DNA of 31,849 nt from Nitrososphaeraceae archaeon. GTDB taxonomy: Archaea; Thermoproteota; Nitrososphaeria; Nitrososphaerales; Nitrososphaeraceae. Made by a program: the position numbers and the translations under genes. Of the stretch, positions 19,141 to 29,009 are shown one piece after another. The notes below the pieces were generated by a model. The model did not search any database. It saw only the letters and a program-made list of their open reading frames with translations, and was not told the DNA's origin. The stretch covers positions 1 through 31,849 of the forward strand of contig JBIOZG010000016.1 of NCBI GenBank assembly GCA_044870765.1. The letters run 5' to 3'. Positions within the stretch are counted from its first letter, which is position 1. Every line of letters begins with the position of its first letter.

Positions 19141-21444
19141 TTGACTGACATGATTAAATTATCTTCTCCATTAGGAACAGAATCAAGCAGCAATGATAAT
19201 GATATTTCTAATCCCTATATTGGTCCGCGGGCATTCAGAAAAAATCCTAGCGATCAATCAAAGTTCTTTGGAAGAGATACTGAAAAAGACGAAATAATTT
19301 CTAGAATCATGTCCCACAAACTTACTCTGGTGTATGCTCAGTCTGGAGCTGGTAAAACATCAATATTTAATGCCGAAATTATTCCAGCTTTAGAAAGCGA
19401 GGGTTTTGATGTTTTACCCATGACTAGAGTTGCCATTACTCAGCTAAAACCCACCGATAACTCATACATATACAACGCTCTTCTCTACATTCGAGATACT
19501 GTAGAAGATGATCTCATTAGAAAAAAAATAGATTCTCAGTCATTATCTGAACTTTCTTTATTTGAGTTTTTGGACTACAATTTTCCCGTTAAAAGAAACA
19601 AAGATACGAATCCTACACCTCAGGTATTAATATTTGACCAATTGGAGGATTTGTTCATTCATTTTCCTAACAAATGGATAGGTCAACGGAAGGATTTCTT
19701 TGAACAAATTTCCGATTCATTGGATAATAATCCTTTACTCAGAGTGGTATTTATTATAAGAGAAGATTACCTGGCTCAATTGGATCCTTATAGAATCATT
19801 GTCCCTGAGAAACTAAGACCAAGCTTTAGGTTAGAAAAATTACGACGTGATGAAGCTACACTGGCAATAACAGGTCCTTTATTAGGTATACTTAAGAATC
19901 TTAGCCAGGAAGAAGCAGAAGGTATTAAATTAGAAGTTGATGAGCTGGTTAATGATCTTTTAAAAACATACCTGGAACTTCCAAACGGGGATCTACAACA
20001 ACTAGAAGGCGAGTTTGTAGAGCCAATACATCTTCAAGTGGTGTGTAGAAAGTGGTGGAATGAAAGAACACAAAAAGAAACTACTGAGAAAATCAAATTA
20101 AAACAAGAAGGTATATCAAACGTAGATAACGCCCTAGAAGAGTTTTATGATAAAGCCGTTGATGTTGCAAAAAATATCGGGAGTAGTGAGAAGAAGATTC
20201 GAAACTGGTGTGAAGAAAAATTAATTACACCTAGCGGGACAAGAAGTATCATTCACAGAAGTACTTCGTCAACTGAAGGAATGGATAACAAAGTAGTGGA
20301 CTCACTTGAAGGCCAATATCTAATAAGAAGGGAATGGAGATCTGGCTCACCATGGTATGAGCTGACTCATGATAGGCTGGTTAAACCAATCATAGACTCT
20401 AATAAAAAGTGGGAACTCCAAAATACAAAGTTCAGAAGATCTCTACTTAGGAAACGAGTAATTATACCAATTATTGTAGCTATCGTAATTGGAATTTCAC
20501 TAACTGCAATTGGCACACAAAATAAAGTGGAACAAAAAGATACGGTTATTCAAAGTCAAGAAATGGCTATTCAAAGTTTAGAACTCGTTAATCAAGGCTG
20601 GACGAGTTATAACTCAGGTGATAAGAAGGGAGCTTTGGAAAAATTTAACGATGCACTAGAATTAGATCCTAATAATGCAGATGCATCATTTGGTAAGGCA
20701 TTTGTACTTTATGATTTGCTTGATTTTACAGGAGCGGTATATTACTACCAAAAGGTATTGGCTATTAATCCAAACGATTCTGCTGCCTTGATGAACATAG
20801 GTATTGCTTTAGTTGACTTGGGACGCTATGAAGAAGCAATTACCTACTATGATAAAGCGTTGACCATAAATTCGGCAGACGCCAATACCTTGATTAACAA
20901 AGGTGTTGCTTTAGATAACCTGGGACGCTATGAAGAAGCAATTACCTACTATGATAAAGCGTTAGCAATAAATTCGACAGACGCCAATACCTTGTATAAC
21001 AAAGGTGTTGCTTTAGATAACCTGGGACGATATGAAGAAGCAATTGCCTCTTATGATAAAGCGTTAGCAATAAATTCGACAGATTTAGATGCTTTGATTA
21101 ATGAAGCTATAGATTTAGATGGCTTGGAACGATATGAAGAAGCAATTGCCTCCTATGATAAAGTCTTAGAGATAAATGGCAGTTATGTTGAAGATGCCTT
21201 GAATGGAAAAGCATTTGTTCTAGCGAAACTCGGTAAAAATGACGAGGCCTTAGTAAACATTGAAAAATCTCTCAAATCTGCGCCTAACGAATATTCCCTA
21301 TCTACTGCTGCCTTCATAATGTATAATCTTGGCAAATATGATGAGGCCAGAAATTATTATGAAAAGGCATTAAAGATAGATCCTAATTTAACAGATATAT
21401 TGAAAGAAATAGAGTTAAAGGCATTTAATTCAGTAATGAAGTAA
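19141..21444 (+). CDS. nSTAND1-type NTPase with TM segment and C-terminal TPR array
   Basis: NPYIGPRAF, FFGRD, Walker A AQSGAGKTS, Walker B VLIFDQLEDLF, IREDYL, LQVVC..WW, ELTHDRLV. TM VIIPIIVAIVIGISLTAIG, then about 8 TPRs (LGRYEEAI..YDKAL.I). Starts 4 nt after the TIR-SIR2 stop; ATG 19150 is an alternative start. Confidence 0.9.
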   Translation: MTDMIKLSSPLGTESSSNDNDISNPYIGPRAFRKNPSDQSKFFGRDTEKDEIISRIMSHKLTLVYAQSGAGKTSIFNAEIIPALESEGFDVLPMTRVAITQLKPTDNSYIYNALLYIRDTVEDDLIRKKIDSQSLSELSLFEFLDYNFPVKRNKDTNPTPQVLIFDQLEDLFIHFPNKWIGQRKDFFEQISDSLDNNPLLRVVFIIREDYLAQLDPYRIIVPEKLRPSFRLEKLRRDEATLAITGPLLGILKNLSQEEAEGIKLEVDELVNDLLKTYLELPNGDLQQLEGEFVEPIHLQVVCRKWWNERTQKETTEKIKLKQEGISNVDNALEEFYDKAVDVAKNIGSSEKKIRNWCEEKLITPSGTRSIIHRSTSSTEGMDNKVVDSLEGQYLIRREWRSGSPWYELTHDRLVKPIIDSNKKWELQNTKFRRSLLRKRVIIPIIVAIVIGISLTAIGTQNKVEQKDTVIQSQEMAIQSLELVNQGWTSYNSGDKKGALEKFNDALELDPNNADASFGKAFVLYDLLDFTGAVYYYQKVLAINPNDSAALMNIGIALVDLGRYEEAITYYDKALTINSADANTLINKGVALDNLGRYEEAITYYDKALAINSTDANTLYNKGVALDNLGRYEEAIASYDKALAINSTDLDALINEAIDLDGLERYEEAIASYDKVLEINGSYVEDALNGKAFVLAKLGKNDEALVNIEKSLKSAPNEYSLSTAAFIMYNLGKYDEARNYYEKALKIDPNLTDILKEIELKAFNSVMK
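20800..21170 (+). repeat. 102-bp (34-aa TPR) tandem repeat, about 3.5-4 near-identical copies
   Basis: The core g(g/a)acg(c/a)tatgaagaagcaatt(a/g)cct recurs at 20821, 20923, 21025 and 21127, an exact 102-bp period. Confidence 0.9.
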
Positions 21445-21521
21445 TTACAAGAAGCAGTTCTTAGGTAGTCTAGCCCGAAACGCATCTGTGATTTTATTTT
21501 TGAGTGAATAAAATATTAAGA

Positions 21522-22223
21522 CTAGATTGAAGTCTGTCTTATATTCCTTATACTTATGCTTCCAGTCTTTGTATTATTGACTCTGAACCACGTGTAACTT
21601 CTTTCCTTGAAAGAGGATTCATCAACCATGTAGTCTTCTAATCCTTTATATTCTTCTTCTACACACTTTACAAATCCCTTACCATCATTGAAGTCTATTT
21701 CCATCTTTGAAGAAATTGACTTTTTCTCTTCATTAGGTATGTCTGTCAACCTTACTTTGACCCATTTTCCTATATCAATATCTTTAGGCAAATCTGGCTC
21801 AGGTCCTCTGATATGTTCATTATGGAATTTTTCAACCTTGGATCCACATTTCTTTTTCTTTCTATCTATCATGTGGCTTATTCCACCAAATCTATTAGGA
21901 CCTTCTCCACCCTCTTGGTGTCGACTTTGTGTTTGACAAGTATGATTGTCTATTTTATCATCATCGAATCTCAACTCGTATTCTGTTACTGCCTTATAAT
22001 TAGCAGAATCTATGTAGAGGCGGCCATGTCCTCCATCTGCCTCAAGTTTGCCTACTCCCGAACCATCCAATATTAAGCGTGGGTCTCCGGAGGCGTGCAT
22101 TTCAAAGCCTTTCCCATTCACAAAAGGTTTTGGGAATCTATCGTCAAACGTCTTGACTGTCTTTGCAGTACCATCATTCCATTTTCCAATATCATTACTA
22201 TCGTATAGAACAGTTCCTGTCAT
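21522..22223 (-). CDS. Hypothetical beta-rich soluble protein, possible distant relative of paralogs A/B
   Basis: 233 aa; SRHQEGG, KVEKFHNEH, KWVKVRL, WFRVNN occur in similar order to the RGG.H, KE.PH, KWVG.K, QFR.D motifs. TTTATAA on the minus strand at 22244-22250. Confidence 0.75.
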   Translation of the reverse strand: MTGTVLYDSNDIGKWNDGTAKTVKTFDDRFPKPFVNGKGFEMHASGDPRLILDGSGVGKLEADGGHGRLYIDSANYKAVTEYELRFDDDKIDNHTCQTQSRHQEGGEGPNRFGGISHMIDRKKKKCGSKVEKFHNEHIRGPEPDLPKDIDIGKWVKVRLTDIPNEEKKSISSKMEIDFNDGKGFVKCVEEEYKGLEDYMVDESSFKERSYTWFRVNNTKTGSISIRNIRQTSI

Positions 22224-22352
22224 GCCTTGATATTGTCACTGTATTATAAAAATTTTTTTATGGTAAATTCAGACATTCCGCTCATCTTATGGCCATTTTA
22301 GCTTGTATCTTTGCACAAGATTTAATTAATTACATATATAGTATAAAATATC

Positions 22353-22913
22353 ATGCCCGTTACAATTAATATTATAATCCTCATTATCGGGACATTACTT
22401 TTAGTCTTAAATCCCATAATCTTGCAATCAATACATGTGAATGCCATAAAATTTGAACCTGTTGGATTTGACAAAATACCAAAAGCATTAATCAAATCAA
22501 ATAGTGCTGAGTACAAATTCGGAGCAGACTATTCGCTGGATTTTGGGGATGAAACCGTCATTATAAATGACACTAATGCTGAAAATGCTAAAAATATGAC
22601 GCTGCTTACAAACGAAACCCAATCTCTGCAAATTGAGTGTGATAGCAACGATATGTGTGGCACTAATCTAGCTCCAAATATGGTCAAAATTTATTTGGTC
22701 GACAGCACCATTCAAGATAAACAGATTACCGAAAATTCTATCCCAATTTTGGAACTGGGTAGTAACGACTGTGGTACAAAACCTCTAAAAGTTTGTGCAA
22801 ATTTTAATTTTTCTATGCCCCATGACATAATGAATCAAGACTATAAGATTGTAGTAGATATGTCATTTGATGAGGCGCAATGGATTTTTATCAATCCTGT
22901 TAAAATATTGTGA
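22353..22913 (+). CDS. Hypothetical secreted protein with four Cys
   Basis: 186 aa, N-terminal hydrophobic signal, beta-rich body. Confidence 0.7.
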   Translation: MPVTINIIILIIGTLLLVLNPIILQSIHVNAIKFEPVGFDKIPKALIKSNSAEYKFGADYSLDFGDETVIINDTNAENAKNMTLLTNETQSLQIECDSNDMCGTNLAPNMVKIYLVDSTIQDKQITENSIPILELGSNDCGTKPLKVCANFNFSMPHDIMNQDYKIVVDMSFDEAQWIFINPVKIL

Positions 22914-22996
22914 TAGTAATTGATGGTAAATAGGTACTAAATGCACCTCATTAGTTCTCACAATTAATTTCATAGCCATGGGGTGATTTAATACCG

Positions 22997-23018
22997 AATT
23001 TTTCGGCGCCGAAAAATT
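22997..23018. repeat. 22-bp perfect palindrome AATTTTTCGGCGCCGAAAAATT (copy 2)
   Basis: Read directly; intergenic, contains the same 16-bp core as 12305-12320. Confidence 0.85.
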
Positions 23019-23377
23019 ATGAATAACAAAGAGTAGTATAGTCTTCAAAAAACTAGTGAAAGTTTCTTGGCTACTTTTCCTTATTGTTTATTGTTTAAAA
23101 AATAATTAAATTCGTGAAATTAAATTATACTTATGATGAAGTAATATTTGTAGAAAATCTAGATCTTTAACTTCATCATCAAATATTGTGCCTAATAAAA
23201 ATTAAATGGACGTCTTCTTCAAAAGTGAAAGGTTAGGTTATTGATTCTATGTTGATACTAATTATTATGACTCTTTAAAGCTTAAAGCTAATTGCAATAT
23301 AATCAAAGATACTATGTACTTGTAGTAAAGAAACTTTATAGATGATTTAGTGGTTTATAAAAAACAGGTGTTCGTAC

Positions 23378-23998
23378 TTGTTGAATACAAATCGCTCTGG
23401 TTCGCGCACTTGGAACAAGAGAAGAGTATTGATTGTAATAGCAATATCTTTAGCATATGGCGCTTGGTTCAACGTCCTTGATTCCTTAGCATACTGTCCA
23501 AATCAAGTACAAAAGAGCTGTGATGAAAAATGCCAGCCAATATCTATTGGAAGTATGTTTGGAGGTGACTATATATATCAACCTTGGAACGTTATAGGGC
23601 ATTTAATTCCAGGATTGTTCCTGGCTTTGTGGACTCCAAAGAGGGTAGAATTATTTGTAGCAGGGGCATTAATCTCTTCGGTAGTAATGGATTCTCCACT
23701 CTGGGGAGTTCTAAGACTTGAGCACGGTTTACCATTATGGTATATGAATGAAACAGGTGAAAATTTTGTGAACACCTGCAATATAGGTGATTGGATTTTA
23801 TACTACTATCATCCTACAGGATCATATGCAGTATGGAATAATCCACTTGGAATTCCAAGTGCAGCAATTCTATTTTGGAGTATAATCGGTAGATTGCTTG
23901 GTGCCGGCTTACTAATATGGTGGCAAGCCAGACAAGAAAAAGATGGAAAAGAATTTTCGTTACCCACATTAGTACTAAATATAAGAAACTACCTTTAA
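23378..23998 (+). CDS. Hypothetical integral membrane protein
   Basis: 206 aa, about 4 TM segments, Trp/Cys-rich loops, intramembrane H and D residues (VIGHLIPG, VVMDSPLWG). Confidence 0.7.
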   Translation: MLNTNRSGSRTWNKRRVLIVIAISLAYGAWFNVLDSLAYCPNQVQKSCDEKCQPISIGSMFGGDYIYQPWNVIGHLIPGLFLALWTPKRVELFVAGALISSVVMDSPLWGVLRLEHGLPLWYMNETGENFVNTCNIGDWILYYYHPTGSYAVWNNPLGIPSAAILFWSIIGRLLGAGLLIWWQARQEKDGKEFSLPTLVLNIRNYL

Positions 23999-24277
23999 GA
24001 ATAAAATTAGAATGCAAATACTAGTTTTTTATATTTAATGGTAAAATTTTTTGATTTTGCCTATCATAAATTATGAAACCATATGTTTTATAATGCAAAA
24101 TTATTTGCTACCATACTTTATTTCATTTTAATTCTGTCCCGTTTTAAATGGTCTAAGAGTTCCTTTGCATGTTGGCACCAACGGACAAATTTGAAAGACA
24201 ATATTATAGTTTTAACCGTAAGTTTAAAAAATCATTCCCAGAAAAAGTCATTTATAGTAGGTTTACGGCTACTACAC

Positions 24278-24877
24278 ATGAAATATCTAATCAAAGGGAA
24301 AATAGTTGACTCTGAAGGTAAACCAATAAATAATATATTTATACAGGCCATGGACAGTGACCAAAAATTGTTTGAAGATTATAACGATGACATGTTAGAG
24401 TCTTCTATGACAAATCCAGATGGCTCATTTCAAATTAGTTTTGATGATTCAGCCTTTGCAGATAGCTGGGTTGAAAGGAAGCCTGATATTTATTTAATGC
24501 TTAGAAACGCAAGTGGACAGATAGTACATAGGACAGATACTATCAAGTTTGAGTCTGATGATAATAAGAGCGGAACTATCAACATACCAATGGATATTAC
24601 TCTTGATTCTTTAGAAAAGAAAACTGAACAAAAAAGTACAGATCTTTATTGGAATAACGATAGAATTTTAGCTGCATTTTCCTCTGTAGGAGACACAATT
24701 ACCTTAAACAATAGTGACTTTCAGAGAAATTTCAGACTTTTACTTAGTTCTATTAATGCTTGGCTAATCTATACCAATGAGGTTATTTGGGAAAAAATTC
24801 ACTACGATGGACCACAAGTTCCTCGTTACCCATTACAATCGCCCGGCCATAGTCATAAATTATCATGGGAGAAATGA
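24278..24877 (+). CDS. Hypothetical protein with N-terminal transthyretin / prealbumin-like beta-sandwich
   Basis: IKGKIVDSEGKP...IQAMDSD...DD.L....TNPDGSFQISF...E.KPDIY. ATG 24278 has TTTATA at 24251-24256. The stop overlaps the next start (ATGA at 24874-24877). Confidence 0.7.
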   Translation: MKYLIKGKIVDSEGKPINNIFIQAMDSDQKLFEDYNDDMLESSMTNPDGSFQISFDDSAFADSWVERKPDIYLMLRNASGQIVHRTDTIKFESDDNKSGTINIPMDITLDSLEKKTEQKSTDLYWNNDRILAAFSSVGDTITLNNSDFQRNFRLLLSSINAWLIYTNEVIWEKIHYDGPQVPRYPLQSPGHSHKLSWEK

Positions 24878-27576
24878 AAATGACCAATAGTGTTTACGGT
24901 ACCGAGATTTTTGAAAAGCGCAAAGAAAGATACAGTATAATCAATTCTGATCAGGTCTGCAATGTAGATGTTTGCGTAATTGGTTCTGGTGCGGCTGGTG
25001 CCATATTGGCAGGAAAGCTCGCACAATCCGGCAAATCGGTAGTTATCTTAGAAAGAGGACCGTATTATGATGGAGAATCAATGAATCAAAGAGAAGCAGA
25101 CATGATACCTATATTATGGAAAAATGCTGGTGCAAATTTTACATCCAATCTACGAATCGTAATAGCCCAAGGATCATGCTTGGGCGGATCAACAGTGATA
25201 AATGACGCAGTGTGTTTCAGGATACCAGATCTTGTTATTCAACAGTGGGAAAAAATGGGTGTTTCAATTTCCAAGGCTGAATGGGATAAGGCTAATGATG
25301 AAGTCTCAGAGCGTATCAATATACAAAAGGTTACTGAAGATGAGTTAAACGTTAACGCCAAAAAACTGAGAAAGGCATGCGAAGAATTTCTCATTGAAGG
25401 CAATCATATTGTTCATTCAAACAATCATAGAAATTGCGGACCTTCTCTATCAGATAATACTCTCCAATCATGCGTAAAATGTGGTTTCTGTCACCTTGGT
25501 TGTCATTATGATACCAAACAAAGTATGCTTGTAACATACATCCATGACGCGTTGAGTAATGATAAACTTGATTATGACGCATATTGCAATTGCCGAGCCG
25601 ACCTGATTACACACAAGGATGGCTTGGTGACGGGAGTCAATGGAACATTCATCGATTCCAAAGGTTCAGAGTCATATAGAATTAGGGTAAATGCCAAAGT
25701 AGTCATTCTTTCAGCTGGTGCGATTGCATCTTCAAATCTTTTACAAAAATCTTTGGTAGGCGGCGAAAAAGCCGGCAAAGGCCTTGCACTCCACCCAGCA
25801 CCCTTTGTAATGGGGCTTTTTGATGAAGAAATTTTTGGTAACAGGGGAATACCAATGTCATATACATGTCATGAATTTGGTGTAACCAACGGAAAAGAAA
25901 AAGGAGGGTTTTTAATAGAGAGCATATTTTTGCCCATTTTTCAAATGGCCCTTGCTATACCCACTATGGGAACTGATCATAAAAGAATGATGCAAAACTA
26001 TAATCGATATACAATGGCTGGAATTTTAACCAGAGATGATTCTGTAGGTAAAGTTTTGATTTCGTATAATGGTAATCCAAAGGTTGTATACAATCTATCA
26101 GAACAAACAACAGAAGATATGGCTAGAGGTATGGGAATTTTGGCAAGGATGTGGTTTAGCATAGGAGCTAAATCTGTCATTACATCACATAGGGATGTTC
26201 CTGAAATAGGTACGAAAGCTGATATCCCAAAACTAAAAGACGCAGTAAGGGAGAACCCCGATAACCTTATGCTCGGGTCTGCACATCCTCAGGGTGGAAA
26301 TAAGATGGGAAATAACAAAGCCGAATGTGTGGTCGATTCTGATTGCAAGGTATTTGGATTTAATAATTTATATGTCTGCGATGCAAGCGTTTTTCCCACA
26401 GCACTCGGAGTTAATCCGCAGTTAACTGTAATGGCACTTGCGACAATAACAGCAGACAAAATTATTAAAAAGTGGAAGGACATAAACGTTCAGGTGAATT
26501 ATGGTAACACATGTCAATTAACGCAACCAAGGTATTGTAAAACAGAACAAATATCAGAAAAGTTTGCAGTAGTGCAACATAGAGAGAGCCTTTTTAGTTC
26601 ACTCGCAAATTCTGATGAGGAAAAAATAATTATTGGCAAGAATTGGAAATTTGATCCAAATGAACTTAAAATCTATAACAATCTGTACTGGAAGGGATTC
26701 TATGGCAGAGATAACGATCTAATGACAACTGCACTTCGATTCTTTGGTGGATTTTACAAAAGGTTTAGACAAGTTGAAAACGGTAGGATGGAAGGCGAAA
26801 CACATCCCTTCGAAACCCAAGTCCGGGCAAAAAATATTGCTACGGAAAAATATGTGCCTGGATATGGTAAGGTAATACATTTAGAATATACTGAATTTCC
26901 TTACTCTAGCGCATATGATTTGTTGAAAATGGTTGATGAGAACACAATTATTGGTAAAGCATTTTTAGGTCCTTTTGCTAAAGGAAGAGAGCTATTTAGT
27001 TTTAGCATGTCCAGAGTATATGATGTAAATTTCCTAACTGAGAATGATTTAATGACGTTATTTCACAGTGATGAATTAAGCCACAAACCTAGTGAAAAGG
27101 AACTTGCCGGAACTTGGGAAGGTATGCTGGTTTCTGATTCATCGCTTTCACCGCGATCTCAGCTGTTTTATTTTAATTACGAAGATGGAGAAATAGATAT
27201 GAGATATTCATTTGCAAATATGTTAAGAGGTAGGTCAGACGTACTTACCGAGGGAAACGTACTTAGATTAGATGATCCAACTCCTTTTCATGATGAAATT
27301 AGGTTGGTAACATCAGACTTCGCTGTAGGCACATGGATGAGCGAATGGTCGTCTAAAAATAGTATACAACCTTTTATTGATGATTTACGCAGGTACTTTC
27401 CAATCAGAATCTCGGAAATTGATACTTTAGAAGATAAATTGTCCTTTTTAGAACGTCTTCCATTTCGAGGAATTCGGTTGCCAAAGGAATTGGGTTTGAG
27501 TTTCTTACATGTCGAGGAGAACGAACAACACGAAACAAGAATAGGTTTGTTATACGCTCTAAGAAGAATTTCTTAG
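24874..27576 (+). CDS. GMC family FAD oxidoreductase with long C-terminal extension
   Basis: DVCVIGSGAAG, VVILERG, GSCLGGSTVIN, C..CGFC.LGC, VILSAGAI.S, SAHPQGG, NLYVCDASVFPTALGVNPQLT; about 360 extra C-terminal residues. Confidence 0.9.
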   Translation: MKMTNSVYGTEIFEKRKERYSIINSDQVCNVDVCVIGSGAAGAILAGKLAQSGKSVVILERGPYYDGESMNQREADMIPILWKNAGANFTSNLRIVIAQGSCLGGSTVINDAVCFRIPDLVIQQWEKMGVSISKAEWDKANDEVSERINIQKVTEDELNVNAKKLRKACEEFLIEGNHIVHSNNHRNCGPSLSDNTLQSCVKCGFCHLGCHYDTKQSMLVTYIHDALSNDKLDYDAYCNCRADLITHKDGLVTGVNGTFIDSKGSESYRIRVNAKVVILSAGAIASSNLLQKSLVGGEKAGKGLALHPAPFVMGLFDEEIFGNRGIPMSYTCHEFGVTNGKEKGGFLIESIFLPIFQMALAIPTMGTDHKRMMQNYNRYTMAGILTRDDSVGKVLISYNGNPKVVYNLSEQTTEDMARGMGILARMWFSIGAKSVITSHRDVPEIGTKADIPKLKDAVRENPDNLMLGSAHPQGGNKMGNNKAECVVDSDCKVFGFNNLYVCDASVFPTALGVNPQLTVMALATITADKIIKKWKDINVQVNYGNTCQLTQPRYCKTEQISEKFAVVQHRESLFSSLANSDEEKIIIGKNWKFDPNELKIYNNLYWKGFYGRDNDLMTTALRFFGGFYKRFRQVENGRMEGETHPFETQVRAKNIATEKYVPGYGKVIHLEYTEFPYSSAYDLLKMVDENTIIGKAFLGPFAKGRELFSFSMSRVYDVNFLTENDLMTLFHSDELSHKPSEKELAGTWEGMLVSDSSLSPRSQLFYFNYEDGEIDMRYSFANMLRGRSDVLTEGNVLRLDDPTPFHDEIRLVTSDFAVGTWMSEWSSKNSIQPFIDDLRRYFPIRISEIDTLEDKLSFLERLPFRGIRLPKELGLSFLHVEENEQHETRIGLLYALRRIS

Positions 27577-27718
27577 ATTTGTTCGTATGTGATTTGCCTA
27601 GTTGAATTTATTCAATAAAAGTTCTAGTTCAAAATAATAATCATAAATCCTATAAAATTCAAAAATATGAAACCGCACAATTAGATATTAGGATTAATGG
27701 TGTGTTTTATCTAATATA

Positions 27719-28621
27719 ATGGCGACGACGACTACAGCAAAAACAAGCAAGTGGTTCTATATTGTTCTAATAATATTGATTGTTGGATTTATCGTAACAA
27801 TGTATTTCACACTGGCCAATGTTTACACACCAGTTAATCAAGAAGTAATTACGGCAAACAACACAGATATTTTTGTAGTCGTAAGAAAGGAGGCCAACAT
27901 TTTGATTCCACTTTCAAATTTCTTTTACTCAAAATACACGAAAATGAATGTAGATATTTACTTTAAAGACCCAAGTCTGAGGAAAGCTAGTTTCATATCT
28001 GCACCACTTTTAGCCAGCAACACAAGCTCTCTGCTGTCTCAGTTTGATGCAAGGCTCACCGAAGATCCACTTTTCACGCGTTATAACCTAACAATGAAAG
28101 TTGGACATCCCTTGCATGTGGCAAATTACACGGGAAACTATGAATTAAAGATAGTTTATCGTCTAGGAGACACTCAAGAAATTGAACCTAGCGATTCCAC
28201 TCCAGACAACGAGTCCACTGAATTACTAGGTAACGCTACTACTGCAGAGTTACCTTCAAAGGTCCCAGAAGCATTGTTGAGAAATATAAAAGTCCTCTCA
28301 ATACCATTGCATTATCAGGTTAACGCACTAGATTTCAGCAAGCCTGAATATTTCTGGATAATAGCATTGGGTGTACTAACGAGTAGAGTTTTTGCTATTA
28401 GTAAGGATACATTGAATACAGCATCAATAAGACTGGGAGTAGGAGAATTGATATGGATTCCCTTCAGCGCAATAATTACATTGCTTATATTTTCAAGCTT
28501 TGCAGACCAAGTGAAATTGTCTGCTGATATAATCGTAAATCTTTCTTTGGCTTTTGGCTTTGGATTTGGATTTGATAAAGTTTTCGAAGCATGGCAAAAA
28601 AGTCCTCAAAGAGAGACTTAA
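27719..28621 (+). CDS. Hypothetical membrane protein (N-terminal TM, extracytoplasmic domain, three C-terminal TMs)
   Basis: 300 aa; hydrophobicity pattern; C-terminal LAFGFGFGFDKVF. Confidence 0.75.
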   Translation: MATTTTAKTSKWFYIVLIILIVGFIVTMYFTLANVYTPVNQEVITANNTDIFVVVRKEANILIPLSNFFYSKYTKMNVDIYFKDPSLRKASFISAPLLASNTSSLLSQFDARLTEDPLFTRYNLTMKVGHPLHVANYTGNYELKIVYRLGDTQEIEPSDSTPDNESTELLGNATTAELPSKVPEALLRNIKVLSIPLHYQVNALDFSKPEYFWIIALGVLTSRVFAISKDTLNTASIRLGVGELIWIPFSAIITLLIFSSFADQVKLSADIIVNLSLAFGFGFGFDKVFEAWQKSPQRET

Positions 28622-29009
28622 CTCAGATTTATAAAAAATAATAGCATTGTAGCAGAATTTCATTACCTTACCCTTATTGATTATATTTCAAGCGAGTTTT
28701 ATCCCGTCTATTCCTCTCCAAGTTTGATTTGGGTGGATGCTTCAATTCATTTACTTTAGTGATTTTGATTCAAAATTTCTGATGGCTCGTGTTAGTTTAT
28801 TACTTCGGTAGGATTGTACAAATAAAAGATCTACCAAAAATGTAATTCTCTAAAACACAATAGGACACCTACAATGGAATAAAGATAATGCCTGATTTGC
28901 CTCCACTCCAGTTCGATATGAAGCCTTACGAGTCTATCTACTCGGTCTTAAGAGGGACTATGACATACAGAATAAACCTTAATAGAAAGATTTCATAAGC
29001 TTAAAAAAA

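Noticed and set aside
20800-21170. Regularly spaced repeats considered as a CRISPR array
   Set aside because: In-frame 102-bp coding TPR units with no unique spacers.
17637-21444. Assignment to canonical Thoeris, CBASS or Avs
   Set aside because: No ThsA SLOG/Macro domain, no CD-NTase, and the STAND protein has no fused N-terminal effector but does have a TM.
24083-24277. N-terminal 65 aa of the 24083..24877 ORF
   Set aside because: A TATA-like box at 24251 and the domain start support ATG 24278.
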